Source: an uncultured Candidatus Saccharibacteria bacterium (GTDB taxonomy: Bacteria > Patescibacteriota > Minisyncoccia > UBA6257 > UBA9933). Taken from it: a DNA stretch of 55,387 bases. Positions 20,301-29,918 of this stretch are shown here, one piece after another. Under the pieces are notes generated by a model, which was not told the DNA's origin, did no database searches, and worked only from the letters and a program-made list of their open reading frames with translations. How positions within the stretch are numbered: position 1 is the first letter of the stretch; every line of letters begins with the position of its first letter. The translations under genes were made by a program, and so were the position numbers. The DNA lies in assembly GCA_964453135.1 (NCBI GenBank), contig CAYVOL010000006.1, forward strand, positions 1-55,387. Direction: 5' to 3'.

Positions 20301-20603
20301 ATGACGCCGGAAAAGGTAATAGAAGTTGTTGAGAGGTACCGTCAGGAATTCATCAGGATGGGCATAGCTAAATCAGCTTATCATCATGACGATTTATTCA
20401 GAATTAACAGCGATTTATCATGGGACTATAACGATGCCCTGAGACATTGCCACAACATGCTCGATCAGATGGTTCAGTTTGTGAAGGAAGGAAGAATGGA
20501 AAAAACCTTCCGTTGGCTCGGGTTCATCCAGGGCGTTCTGTGGGCAAACGGAATTTACACTCTTGCCGAACTGCAGAACCATAACAAACCACCGGATGCG
20601 TAA
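20301..20603 (+). CDS. hypothetical protein (100 aa)
   Basis: AGAGGAG SD; clean ORF with FRWLGFIQGVLW helix. Confidence 0.75.
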   Translation: MTPEKVIEVVERYRQEFIRMGIAKSAYHHDDLFRINSDLSWDYNDALRHCHNMLDQMVQFVKEGRMEKTFRWLGFIQGVLWANGIYTLAELQNHNKPPDA

Positions 20604-20627
20604 TCTGCGGAAAGGAGGGCGGCGACG

Positions 20628-20936
20628 ATGCGCAAGTTATGGTCGCGTGTGCCATACAGCGTGAAATTCACCGCTGTTGTCATTAAAACAGCGGGGTATC
20701 TTATCGCGGTATTTTATTGGCTTGGATGCGGGTATCAGACATTAGTCATTATCGTGCCTGTTGCGGCGTTGATAATTACTAGGCGTTTTATCAACCGTTG
20801 TTGGAAATGCGGAAGTTGGAAAACCAAAGTTCGCGTTTATGACATTTTTGACAGGCACGATTCCGGCGGAGTTTCTCTCGGGAAAGACACAGAATGTCGG
20901 GAATGCGGTTTTGTTTTAAGCGCCCCATTTCTGTAG
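20628..20936 (+). CDS. membrane-anchored zinc-ribbon protein
   Basis: AAGGAGG SD; two TM segments then CWKC...CREC. Confidence 0.7.
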   Translation: MRKLWSRVPYSVKFTAVVIKTAGYLIAVFYWLGCGYQTLVIIVPVAALIITRRFINRCWKCGSWKTKVRVYDIFDRHDSGGVSLGKDTECRECGFVLSAPFL

Positions 20937-20974
20937 CGGTAAAAATGTTTCCCCTTCCAGAAGATTTCATAGCA

Positions 20975-21003
20975 GCCCCCGCCACGGCGGGGGCAGTTTT
21001 ATT
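20975..21003 (+). terminator. hairpin terminator, near copy of the groEL terminator
   Basis: GCCCCCGCCACGGCGGGGGC then AGTTTTATT. Confidence 0.7.
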
Positions 21004-21158
21004 GTTGACAGGATAATTGCGGTTTGCTATTATTTTACACATAATAAAGATATTTTTTATGGTGTTGATTTTTGAAGAAGCATCATAATTGGCAGTGTGA
21101 TTAATTGAGATTTAGCGTGATGAGGGCTAAGTCCCTCATTTTTATTGAATAACGAAAT

Positions 21159-21791
21159 ATGAAATTTCTGTTAGGAAAAAAAATAAAAATGTCTCAAATC
21201 TGGCAAGGCAATAAAGTTGTTCCCGTAACTTTAGTTCAGGCCGGCCCGGTGAAAATCACCCAAGTGAGAAATAAAGAGAAGGACGGATATGAAGCGGTGC
21301 AGGTTGGATTTGACCCGACAAAAAAACATGTTAATAAATCTTTAGCCGGGCATTTGAAGGATTTGGGAAATTTCCGCTATATACAAGAATTCCGAGCGGC
21401 TGGCGCTGGCGCAAAATCAGATTCGTCAAAAGAAAAGAACGATTTTAAGACCGGAGATGTTTTAACCGTAAGTCAGTTTCAGGAAGGCGACAAAGTAAAA
21501 GTGAGCGGCTTAAACCGGGGACGCGGTTTTCAGGGCGGAGTGAAAAGGCACGGGTTTAGAGGGGGACCGAAAACTCACGGACAGAAAAACAGGCATCGCG
21601 CGCCCGGCTCTATCGGCGCCACTGCTCCGCAAAGAGTTCTGCCCGGCACCCGCATGGCCGGACATATGGGACAGGAAAGGAAAACAGTGAGAAATGTCAT
21701 TGCAGGGATTGACGCGGAAAAAAACATTTTAATGCTGAAGGGAGCGGTTCCGGGAATGAGAGGAACGTTGTTGGAAATTAAAAGCTATTAA
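21159..21791 (+). CDS. rplC: 50S ribosomal protein L3
   Basis: GKKIKMSQ, GRGFQG..KRH, RAPGSIG, GAVPG. Confidence 0.98.
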   Translation: MKFLLGKKIKMSQIWQGNKVVPVTLVQAGPVKITQVRNKEKDGYEAVQVGFDPTKKHVNKSLAGHLKDLGNFRYIQEFRAAGAGAKSDSSKEKNDFKTGDVLTVSQFQEGDKVKVSGLNRGRGFQGGVKRHGFRGGPKTHGQKNRHRAPGSIGATAPQRVLPGTRMAGHMGQERKTVRNVIAGIDAEKNILMLKGAVPGMRGTLLEIKSY

Positions 21792-21807
21792 TTTTTACGG
21801 TAATTTT

Positions 21808-22422
21808 ATGGAAATAAAGGTTACTAATTTTAAAAATGAAGACGCGGGCGTCATTGATTTGCCGGAGAAAATTTTTGGCGTGAAATGGAATTCTCAATTG
21901 GTACATCAGGCTCTTTTGGCTCAATTAGCCAACGCGCGCGAACCCTGGGCGCACGTCAAGGACAGGGGGGAAGTTAGAGGAGGAGGTAAAAAACCTTGGA
22001 AGCAAAAAGGAACCGGCCGCGCCCGCCACGGCTCCACTCGTTCGCCTTTATGGGTAGGAGGAGGAGTTACTCACGGCCCTTCTAATGAGCGCAAATACAG
22101 CCAAAAGATAAACAAGAAAATGAAACAACTGGCCGTATTTTCCGTTTTGTCTAAAAAATTAAAAGACAATGAAATTAAAGTAATAGATAATTTTGAAAGC
22201 GCGCCTTCCAAAACAAAAGATTGGGCGAAAAATATCAAAAATTTCACTGACACGAAAAAGAAATCCGCTTTTATTTTCCAAAAAGATAATCGCCTTTTTG
22301 CCCGGGCTGTTTCCAACATCAAAAACATTGATACCCTGGCTCCCAATTCATTGAACGTCAAAGATTTGTTGAAAAACAAATTCCTGATTTTTGAAAAAGC
22401 GGCTATTAAAGAAATAAAATAA
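21808..22422 (+). CDS. rplD: 50S ribosomal protein L4
   Basis: KPWKQKGTGRARHGS. Confidence 0.98.
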   Translation: MEIKVTNFKNEDAGVIDLPEKIFGVKWNSQLVHQALLAQLANAREPWAHVKDRGEVRGGGKKPWKQKGTGRARHGSTRSPLWVGGGVTHGPSNERKYSQKINKKMKQLAVFSVLSKKLKDNEIKVIDNFESAPSKTKDWAKNIKNFTDTKKKSAFIFQKDNRLFARAVSNIKNIDTLAPNSLNVKDLLKNKFLIFEKAAIKEIK

Positions 22423-22431
22423 AAACCACCC

Positions 22432-22812
22432 ATGATTTTCAAAAAAACAGCAAAACAAAGTAAAACAGCGCCTAAAAAGGCTGTTTCCAAAAAAGAAACC
22501 GCCGCTTCGGCTGAATTGAAAATTAAATCCAACCGGAAAGTTTTAATAGTGAAACATCCTTGGATAAGCGAAAAAGCCTACTTGTTGTCCCAAAAAAGAA
22601 GTTATATTTTTTTGGTGGATAAAAAAGCGAAAAAACCGGAGATTAAAGAAGCGATCAAAGAAATTTATAAAGTTGACCCGGTTTCCGTTAATACCGTCAG
22701 TCTGAAAGGAAAGCCCAGCCGTTATTATCGGACAGTTTCCAAAGGAGCGGGAATTAAAAAAGCCATCGTAGAGCTGAAAGAAGGGCAGAAGCTGGATATT
22801 ATGCCGCATTAA
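22432..22812 (+). CDS. rplW: 50S ribosomal protein L23 with basic N-terminal extension
   Basis: PWISEKA, KKAIVELKEGQ; gene order. Confidence 0.93.
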   Translation: MIFKKTAKQSKTAPKKAVSKKETAASAELKIKSNRKVLIVKHPWISEKAYLLSQKRSYIFLVDKKAKKPEIKEAIKEIYKVDPVSVNTVSLKGKPSRYYRTVSKGAGIKKAIVELKEGQKLDIMPH

Positions 22813-22848
22813 GAGCATTGCCAAATTTTTAAGCAAGTTATTTTTTTT

Positions 22849-23673
22849 ATGAAGAAATATAAACCGACAACTCCATCGCGCAGACAAATGATAACCGTTG
22901 ATTACGGTGTTTTAAGCGCGGTTGAGCCTTTGAAAAATTTGCTGAAGCGTCTTCCCAAAAGAAGCGGCCGCAACAGCCAGGGAAGAATTACCACGCGGCA
23001 TCAGGGAGGCGGACATAAAAAACTCTATCGCTTGGTTGATTTCAAGCAAAACAAGACAGCGCCGGCTAAAGTAGAATCTTTGGAATATGACCCGTATCGC
23101 TCCGCTTTTATCGCGCGGGTTATTTACAAAGACGGCGAGAGGCGTTATATTTTAGCGTCCGAAGGAATGAAAGAAGGAAGGGAAATAATTACCGACGAAA
23201 GCGCTCCTTTGAAAGAAGGAAATCGCTTGAAATTAAAAAACATTCCGGCCGGCTATTTTGTTTATAATGTTGAGCTTCAGCCGGGGAAGGGCGGGCAACT
23301 GGCTCGTTCCGCCGGAGCCTCAGTGCAGACTTTGGGCACCGAAGGAAAATTTACATTGTTAAAACTTTCTTCCGGCGAGACAAGAAAAATTTTGTCCGAC
23401 TGCTACGCATCGCTCGGACAAGCTTCCAATGTTTCCTATAATTTGATTAATCTTGGCAAAGCGGGCAAATCCCGCCATTTGGGAATTCGTCCCACAGTGC
23501 GCGGCACAGCCATGAACCCGGTTGATCATCCTTACGGAGGAGGAGAGGGAAGACAAAGAAGGGGAACGCGCCGCCCCAAGACTGCTTGGGGGAAAATTAC
23601 CGGCGGCCGCAAGACGAGAAATAAAAAGAAATGGAGCAATAAGTTTATCGTACAAAGAAGGAAGAAAAAATAG
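22849..23673 (+). CDS. rplB: 50S ribosomal protein L2
   Basis: GRNSQGRIT, EYDPYRSA, MNPVDHPYGGGEG. Confidence 0.99.
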   Translation: MKKYKPTTPSRRQMITVDYGVLSAVEPLKNLLKRLPKRSGRNSQGRITTRHQGGGHKKLYRLVDFKQNKTAPAKVESLEYDPYRSAFIARVIYKDGERRYILASEGMKEGREIITDESAPLKEGNRLKLKNIPAGYFVYNVELQPGKGGQLARSAGASVQTLGTEGKFTLLKLSSGETRKILSDCYASLGQASNVSYNLINLGKAGKSRHLGIRPTVRGTAMNPVDHPYGGGEGRQRRGTRRPKTAWGKITGGRKTRNKKKWSNKFIVQRRKKK

Positions 23674-23731
23674 TGAACTGCGGGCATCAAGTAATGCGAG
23701 ATACATTTATAAAATATAAAATATATAAAAC

Positions 23732-24031
23732 ATGGGAAGATCATCTAAAAAAGGTCCTTATATAGACCAAAAATTATTAGGGAAAATAGCCAAATTGGGA
23801 GCGGATTTAAAGACGCCCATTAAAACCTGGTCGCGCGATTCGGAAATTTCTCCGGAAATGGTGGGATACACCTTTGAAGTGCATAACGGAAGAAAATTTA
23901 TTCTGGTTAGGGTTGGGGAAGACATGGTTGGGCACCGCTTGGGAGAATTTTCTCCTACCCGCACTTTTGTAAGGCATGGCGGAAAAATGCAGAAAGAATT
24001 GGAAAAGAAATCCGCTTCTGGCAGTAAATAA
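23732..24031 (+). CDS. rpsS: 30S ribosomal protein S19
   Basis: [26 protein letters not shown]. Confidence 0.98.
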   Translation: MGRSSKKGPYIDQKLLGKIAKLGADLKTPIKTWSRDSEISPEMVGYTFEVHNGRKFILVRVGEDMVGHRLGEFSPTRTFVRHGGKMQKELEKKSASGSK

Positions 24032-24075
24032 TTTTAGTTACGCGTAAAGATAAAAGATAGATAAATTATAAAAAT

Positions 24076-24639
24076 ATGGCGACAGCATCGGCAAAACTTA
24101 AATATTTGAGAATGGCTCCGCGCAAAGCGCGCTTATCTGCCAATATTATAAAAGGCTTATCAATAAGCGAAGCGGAGGCTCAATTAATGCTCAATCCTCG
24201 AAGAGCGGGCGAGCCGATTTTGAAGCTTTTGCGTTCTGCCGCGGCTAATGCCAAAAACAAGCAATTGAACCCGGAAAAAATGCTTATCAAAGAAATAAGA
24301 GTGGACGGAGGCCCGATGTTAAAAAGGTGGTTGCCGCGCGCCCAGGGCCGCGCCACGCCGCTTCAAAAAAAATCCAGCCATATAACTTTAATAATTGAAG
24401 AATCGGAAAAAATTTCCGCGCCGAGATTCAGAATAGAAAAAGAGAAAAAAATTAAAAAGTCGCAAGCCGAGAAAATAAAGAAAGAAAGAACAAAGAAAGA
24501 GCAGAAAGAAAGCGGAGAACACAAACACGAGCACGAACATGAGCATCACGAACACGGACACGAAACGGAAAAATCCCAGAAAAATTCATCGGCCGTAAAA
24601 GGATTTGCTCAAAAAATATTCAGAAGAAAAGCTGTATAA
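24076..24639 (+). CDS. rplV: 50S ribosomal protein L22 with Lys/Glu- and His-rich C-terminal extension
   Basis: APRKAR, LLRSAAANA, PRAQGRA, SHIT. Confidence 0.96.
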   Translation: MATASAKLKYLRMAPRKARLSANIIKGLSISEAEAQLMLNPRRAGEPILKLLRSAAANAKNKQLNPEKMLIKEIRVDGGPMLKRWLPRAQGRATPLQKKSSHITLIIEESEKISAPRFRIEKEKKIKKSQAEKIKKERTKKEQKESGEHKHEHEHEHHEHGHETEKSQKNSSAVKGFAQKIFRRKAV

Positions 24640-24648
24640 AATAAAACT

Positions 24649-25335
24649 ATGGGTCATAAGGTAAAACCAATTTCATTAAGGACGGGAATTGTCAGAGAAT
24701 GGCAGGCAAAATGGTTTCCCAAAAAGCGGAATTTTCAGGCTGCCTTGGAAGAGGATAATTTAATCCGCAAGGCGATAAACGAGAAAATCATCCAGGCGGG
24801 AATTGACAGCATAACCGTTGAAAGAGCAGACGATATCCCCCGCATTATAATAAGAGCGGCCAAGCCCGGACTTATTATTGGTCGGGGAGGAAAAGGCGTG
24901 GAAGATTTGATTAAATTTATTGAAGGAAAAATCAACGCTTTGCGCGCGGAAAAAAAACTAAAAGAAATAAAAGGATTGTCTTTGAATGTGGAAGAATTGA
25001 AGAGAACGGAAATATCCGCCGCGGTTGTTTCCCAAAACATTGCCAAGGATATAGAAAAACGTCTGCCTTTCAGGAGGGTAATAAAAAAAACGCTCGATCA
25101 GATATTGCAATACAAAGAAGTGGAAGGAGCGAAAATAAGAATAGCCGGACGGTTGAACGGAGCCGAGATTGCCCGCAATGAATCGCTGGCTAAGGGAAAA
25201 ATTCCTTTGACTACTTTGAGGGCAAATATTGATTACGGCGAGGCGACTGCTTTTACCACATACGGAACAATAGGAATAAAAGTTTGGATCAACAAAGGAG
25301 AAGTGTTTAATAAAAACATTCCGGTTCAAAAATAA
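24649..25335 (+). CDS. rpsC: 30S ribosomal protein S3
   Basis: MGHKVKP, PGLIIGRGG, GRLNGAEIAR, TLRANIDY. Confidence 0.98.
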   Translation: MGHKVKPISLRTGIVREWQAKWFPKKRNFQAALEEDNLIRKAINEKIIQAGIDSITVERADDIPRIIIRAAKPGLIIGRGGKGVEDLIKFIEGKINALRAEKKLKEIKGLSLNVEELKRTEISAAVVSQNIAKDIEKRLPFRRVIKKTLDQILQYKEVEGAKIRIAGRLNGAEIARNESLAKGKIPLTTLRANIDYGEATAFTTYGTIGIKVWINKGEVFNKNIPVQK

Positions 25336-25385
25336 TATTTTTTACCAGCCGCGCTTTATAAATTTGATAAATTTATAACCATATT

Positions 25386-25796
25386 ATGCTGATTCCCAAA
25401 AAAGTAAAACATAGAAAGTGGCACAAAGGACGTTCTAAAAAACGCCAAACGGAAACCAGAGGGACGAATTTAGAATTCGGCAGCTTTGGAATTCAGGCAA
25501 CGGAAAGCGTTTGGCTTAATTCACGGCAGATAGAAGCGGCCAGAAAAACAATCACTAATTTTACCAAAAGAGGCGGCAAGCTTTGGATAAGAATTTTTCC
25601 CGATAAGCCCATTACCAAGAAACCGCCGGAGGTGACGTTAGGAGGAGGAAAAGGAGCGGTTGACCATTATGTTTTTCCGGTAAGGCCGGGAAGAGTATTG
25701 TTTGAAATTGACGGCGTTAAAGAAGAAACGGCTCGCGAAGCTTTAAGAAGAGCCGGGCATAAATTGCCGGTAAAAACCAAGGTTATTGTTAAATAA
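25386..25796 (+). CDS. rplP: 50S ribosomal protein L16
   Basis: [23 protein letters not shown]. Confidence 0.98.
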   Translation: MLIPKKVKHRKWHKGRSKKRQTETRGTNLEFGSFGIQATESVWLNSRQIEAARKTITNFTKRGGKLWIRIFPDKPITKKPPEVTLGGGKGAVDHYVFPVRPGRVLFEIDGVKEETAREALRRAGHKLPVKTKVIVK

Positions 25797-25817
25797 TAAA
25801 TTTACACTGACATAATT

Positions 25818-26018
25818 ATGAAGCGCAATGATAAACAGCAATTAAACAGCAAGTCAGTAGCCGAACTGGGCGGCGAATTAAAGATGCGTCAGGAAAAGTT
25901 AAGGGAATTGAAATTCGCTTTGTCTGCCGGTAAAGTTAAAAATATCCAAGAGATAAGAGAAACAAAAAAAACAATCGCCCGCATACTCACCTTAATTAAT
26001 CAGCAATCAAAAAAATAA
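25818..26018 (+). CDS. rpmC: 50S ribosomal protein L29
   Basis: KKTIARILT; position between rplP and rpsQ. Confidence 0.93.
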   Translation: MKRNDKQQLNSKSVAELGGELKMRQEKLRELKFALSAGKVKNIQEIRETKKTIARILTLINQQSKK

Positions 26019-26019
26019 T

Positions 26020-26247
26020 ATGCGCGAATTAAAAGGCACTATTGTGTCGGACAAAATGAATAAAACAAGAGTGGTATCGGTGGAGCGGATGAAAAAACAT
26101 CCTCGCTATTTGAAATACTATAAAGTTACCAGACGTTTCAAGGCGCACGATGAAAAAAATGAATACAAATCAGGCGACCAAGTGGTCATTAAAGAAACAA
26201 AGCCGTTGTCCAAAGAAAAAAGATGGACAATAACGGGAAAAATTTAA
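26020..26247 (+). CDS. rpsQ: 30S ribosomal protein S17
   Basis: GTIVSDKMNKT, HPRY, AHDE, PLSKEKRW. Confidence 0.97.
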   Translation: MRELKGTIVSDKMNKTRVVSVERMKKHPRYLKYYKVTRRFKAHDEKNEYKSGDQVVIKETKPLSKEKRWTITGKI

Positions 26248-26265
26248 TTTTATAAAAATAAAACA

Positions 26266-26634
26266 ATGGTCCAAGAACGTTCTATAATTAAAGTGGCGGA
26301 TAACAGCGGAGCGAAATCAATCCGTGTTTTCCGAATTTTAGGAGCCACCCGCAAACGATACGCCCGATTGGGTGAAATTTTCATCGCCTCCGTTCAGGTG
26401 GCAGAGCCCAAAAAAGCGGTAAAGAAAAAAGATAAAATAAGAGCGGTTTTAGTGAGGCAGAGAAAATCAGTTAAAAGAGCGGACGGTTCTTATATCCGTT
26501 TTGACGAAAACGCCGCGGTGATAATCAATAATAAAAAAGAACCAGTGGCCACTCGCATTTTTGGTCCCATTCCCCGGGAGATAAGGGAAAAAGGGTTTGA
26601 AAAAATATCGACCATGGCGGAAGAAATCGTATAA
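26266..26634 (+). CDS. rplN: 50S ribosomal protein L14
   Basis: VADNSGAK, IRFDENAAV, TRIFGP. Confidence 0.98.
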   Translation: MVQERSIIKVADNSGAKSIRVFRILGATRKRYARLGEIFIASVQVAEPKKAVKKKDKIRAVLVRQRKSVKRADGSYIRFDENAAVIINNKKEPVATRIFGPIPREIREKGFEKISTMAEEIV

Positions 26635-26663
26635 CTGCCGGTAAAGTTAAGGGAAACAAAACA

Positions 26664-26972
26664 ATGAAAATTCGCAAAAACGACAAAGTAAAAATTATCA
26701 AAGGGAAAGACCGCGGAAAAAGCGGGAAAGTTTTAAAAGTTTTCTCTGACGCAGAAAAAATTTTGGTAGAGGGAATAAATCTTTACAAAAAACATCTTCG
26801 TCCTAAACGGGAGGGAGAAAAAGGCGAGATAGTTTTAGTTCCCCGGCCTGTCAGCGTTGCCAATATGGCGATAGAATGTTCTGCTTGCGGCAAGCCGGCG
26901 CGCGTTGGTTTTATGAAAGAAGGGGAGAAAAAAATGAGAATCTGTAAAAAATGTCAAGCAAGAATGGATTAA
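26664..26972 (+). CDS. rplX: 50S ribosomal protein L24 (four-Cys form)
   Basis: KOW motif IKGKDRGKSG; CSAC...CKKC. Confidence 0.96.
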   Translation: MKIRKNDKVKIIKGKDRGKSGKVLKVFSDAEKILVEGINLYKKHLRPKREGEKGEIVLVPRPVSVANMAIECSACGKPARVGFMKEGEKKMRICKKCQARMD

Positions 26973-27043
26973 CGCGGATAGATTAAATATAAATTAAATA
27001 AAGCGCGCTTGCGCCCGCTTTATTGGCAAATTAAACGCAATAT

Positions 27044-27595
27044 ATGTCTTTATACAAAAAATATAACAACGAAATAAGACTGAAAATGAAGGAAAAATTC
27101 GGATATAAAAATCTGCTGGAGGCTCCCTCTTTGGATAAGACTGTTGTTAATATCGGACTAGGGCGTTTAAGCCAGCAAACTATTTTTACCGAGAAACTGC
27201 TTCCGGAAATAACCAAAGATTTGTCGCTGATTGCCGGGCAAAAACCGGCGGCTACGCGGGCCAAAAAATCAATCGCTGGTTTCAAAATAAGACAAGGCCA
27301 GGTAATCGGCTTGAAAGTTACCCTGCGGAAGAAAAAAATGTTCGACTTCTTAGAAAGAATGATTAATGTGGTTTTGCCGCGGGTGCGCGACTTTCGCGGG
27401 ATTAACTTGAAAAATATCGATAAAAAGGGTAATCTGTCTCTCGGGTTTAAAGAAAGCGTTGTTTTTCCGGAAATAAACACCGACACCCAGAAAGTAGATT
27501 TCGGATTGGAAGCCACTTTAGTGGTAAAAGCAAAAAACAGGGAAGAGGCTATTGAATTTTATCGGCAGCTGGGTGTGCCGCTCAAGAAAAAATAA
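27044..27595 (+). CDS. rplE: 50S ribosomal protein L5
   Basis: GQKP, KKSIAGFKIRQG, LPRVRDFRG. Confidence 0.98.
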   Translation: MSLYKKYNNEIRLKMKEKFGYKNLLEAPSLDKTVVNIGLGRLSQQTIFTEKLLPEITKDLSLIAGQKPAATRAKKSIAGFKIRQGQVIGLKVTLRKKKMFDFLERMINVVLPRVRDFRGINLKNIDKKGNLSLGFKESVVFPEINTDTQKVDFGLEATLVVKAKNREEAIEFYRQLGVPLKKK

Positions 27596-27610
27596 TATCA
27601 AGAAGACAAA

Positions 27611-27676
27611 AATTTAGAATATAGAATTTAGAATATAGGGAAATAATTTCCTAAATCCTAAATCCTAAAACCTAAA
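27611..27676. repeat. 7-nt tandem repeats with a complementary arm (hairpin)
   Basis: (AATWTAG)x4 then (CCTAAAW)x4 between rplE and rpsN. Confidence 0.8.
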
Positions 27677-27687
27677 GCATAATTTAA

Positions 27688-27873
27688 GTGGCTAAAAAAT
27701 CAGTCATCGCTCGGGCTAAAAAGAAACCGAAATTTTCCACAAGAATAGTCAGGCGTTGTTTTAAGTGCGGACGAAAACGCGGCTATTTGAGAGATTTCGG
27801 ATTGTGCCGGATATGCTTCAGAGAAATGGCCACTCGCGGAGAAATACCGGGAGTGAAAAAAGCGTCGTGGTGA
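27688..27873 (+). CDS. rpsN: 30S ribosomal protein S14, zinc-binding type Z
   Basis: 61 aa; RCFKCGR...LCRICFR; GTG start. Confidence 0.97.
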   Translation: MAKKSVIARAKKKPKFSTRIVRRCFKCGRKRGYLRDFGLCRICFREMATRGEIPGVKKASW

Positions 27874-27937
27874 TCCCAGACATACTTATGTATATGGCGA
27901 ACCTCGGAACATAAACTTTGAATTTTGAAATTTCTTT

Positions 27938-28318
27938 ATGTATACCAATTTATTGACACAATTAAAAAATGCTCAAGCAGTTAAGAAAGAATCTGTGAAA
28001 TTAGCCTATTCTAACAACAAAGAAAAAATTCTGGAAATTTTAGCCAAGTATAAATACATCGCTGAATTTGAAAAAAAGGGAAGAAATCCCAAGAGAATTT
28101 TAACCGTTAAATTATCCTATTCTGATGGAGAAGGGGCAATTAACGGAACGAAATTTATCTCCAAGCCGAGCCGGCACATCTATTCCGGCTATAAAGAAAT
28201 CAAACCGGTAAAAAGTGGCTACGGGTTGTTGGTTGTTTCCACATCGCAAGGAATAATGCCTGCTCAAGAAGCCCGCAGGAAAAAATTGGGAGGAGAATTA
28301 TTGTTTGAGATATGGTGA
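27938..28318 (+). CDS. rpsH: 30S ribosomal protein S8
   Basis: ISKPSRHIY, STSQGIM, LGGELL. Confidence 0.96.
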   Translation: MYTNLLTQLKNAQAVKKESVKLAYSNNKEKILEILAKYKYIAEFEKKGRNPKRILTVKLSYSDGEGAINGTKFISKPSRHIYSGYKEIKPVKSGYGLLVVSTSQGIMPAQEARRKKLGGELLFEIW

Positions 28319-28409
28319 AAAAAAGCGATTCTAAACTGCGGATACATCCCAATGTTTCCAATAAAAATTTTACGGCATTCGCAGTTTCGCATCGGGTAAA
28401 TATAAAACA

Positions 28410-28952
28410 ATGTCCAAGATAGGCAAAAAAACAATTATTATTCCGTCAAACATCAGCGTGGCGATAAGCGACGGATTTTTACGCTGCCAAAGCGGGAGCT
28501 CTTCCGATTCATTGAAAATTTTGCCTTATGTTAAAGCGGAGATAGCGGAAGGAAAATTGATTTTTTCCATTGATTCTAATTTGAAACAGGCGAAAGCCAA
28601 TTGGGGAACAATGAGGGCTTTGGCGCAGAATGTTATCACCGGTTTAGACAAAGGGTTTATTAAAGCGCTGGAATTTGAAGGAGTGGGATTCCGGGCTTCC
28701 ATGGAAGGAGAAAATTTGGTTTTAAATGTCGGCTACTCCCACCCGGTTAAGTATGCCCCCTCAAAAGGAATTAAAATTTCCGTGGAGAAAAATGTTATTA
28801 AAGTTTCCGGAATGAATAAGCAGGCGGTTGGCCAGGCGGCGGCGGAAATCCGCGCCATCAAAAAACCGGAGCCGTATAAAGGCAAGGGCATTCGCTACCA
28901 GGGAGAGCGTATCAGGAGAAAAGCCGGCAAAAAAACCGGAGCGACAAAATAG
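28410..28952 (+). CDS. rplF: 50S ribosomal protein L6
   Basis: MSKIGK, GVGFRA, GYSHPV, PEPYKGKGIRY. Confidence 0.98.
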   Translation: MSKIGKKTIIIPSNISVAISDGFLRCQSGSSSDSLKILPYVKAEIAEGKLIFSIDSNLKQAKANWGTMRALAQNVITGLDKGFIKALEFEGVGFRASMEGENLVLNVGYSHPVKYAPSKGIKISVEKNVIKVSGMNKQAVGQAAAEIRAIKKPEPYKGKGIRYQGERIRRKAGKKTGATK

Positions 28953-28995
28953 TATATAGCGTCGCGCGCAATTTATAACGCGTAACGAAAAATTT

Positions 28996-29358
28996 ATGAC
29001 CATCAGGAAAGAATTAAACAAAATAAGATTTAGAAGAACTCAAAGGGCTAGGGCGAAAATTTTCGGTATTTCTGCCAAGCCGAGGCTTTCTGTTTTCCGC
29101 AGTAATTATTACACTTACGCCCAGTTGATTGACGACGAGGAGGGAAAAACTTTAGCCAGCGCTTCCACGAAAGAATTAAAAAATACCAGCAAAGATTCTT
29201 CCGGACAAAAGCAGGCGGAATTGCTGGGAGAACTGATTGCGCAGAAAGCCACTGGCAAGGGAATTGGCTCTGCTATTTTTGACCGCCGGCAATATAAATA
29301 TCACGGAAGGATAAAGGCAGTGGCTGAAGGAGCGAGAAAAGGAGGGTTAAAAATTTAA
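28996..29358 (+). CDS. rplR: 50S ribosomal protein L18
   Basis: PRLSVFRSN, YAQLIDD, FDR..YKYHGR. Confidence 0.98.
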   Translation: MTIRKELNKIRFRRTQRARAKIFGISAKPRLSVFRSNYYTYAQLIDDEEGKTLASASTKELKNTSKDSSGQKQAELLGELIAQKATGKGIGSAIFDRRQYKYHGRIKAVAEGARKGGLKI

Positions 29359-29415
29359 TGCCCGTCGCTGTTATTCAAAAATAACGGCGAAAATTTGCGG
29401 ATTATAATTAAAATT

Positions 29416-29871
29416 ATGGAAATAAAACGAAAAATTTCAGAATACAAAGAAAAAGTCCTTGACATCCGAAGGGTTACGCGCGTTGTGGCGGGCGGGAAAA
29501 GAATGTCTTTCCGCGCCACGGTTATTTTAGGCGATGAAAAAGGAAAGGTGGGCGTGGGAGTGGAAAAAGGTCTGGACGTGGCGCAGGCGGTTGACAAAGC
29601 CAAGCTGAAAGCTAAAAAAAATATGATTTTTGCTCCCTTAAAAAACAGGACTATTCCTCATGAAGTGGAGGCGAAATATAGCGCCGCCCGAGTTATCGTC
29701 AAACCCGCCAAATTGGGGAAAGGTTTGAAAGCCGGCGGAGCCGCGCGCGCTGTTCTGCTGTTGGCTGGTATTAAAGACGCTACTGCCAAATGCACCGGCG
29801 TCACCAAAAATAAATTAACCACCGCGCTCGCGACTTTGGAGGCGCTGAAAAAATTCAAATCCAAAAAATAG
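29416..29871 (+). CDS. rpsE: 30S ribosomal protein S5
   Basis: RRVTRVVAGGKR, TIPHEV, AGGAAR; ATG at 29416 preferred. Confidence 0.96.
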   Translation: MEIKRKISEYKEKVLDIRRVTRVVAGGKRMSFRATVILGDEKGKVGVGVEKGLDVAQAVDKAKLKAKKNMIFAPLKNRTIPHEVEAKYSAARVIVKPAKLGKGLKAGGAARAVLLLAGIKDATAKCTGVTKNKLTTALATLEALKKFKSKK

Positions 29872-29918
29872 TCGCCTTATGTTTCAAGCTTCATGTTTCG
29901 CGTTCAAAAAATTTAACT

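Noticed and set aside
27611-27676. CRISPR array in the repeat regions
   Set aside because: Units are 7-9 nt with no unique spacers, and there are no cas genes in the window.
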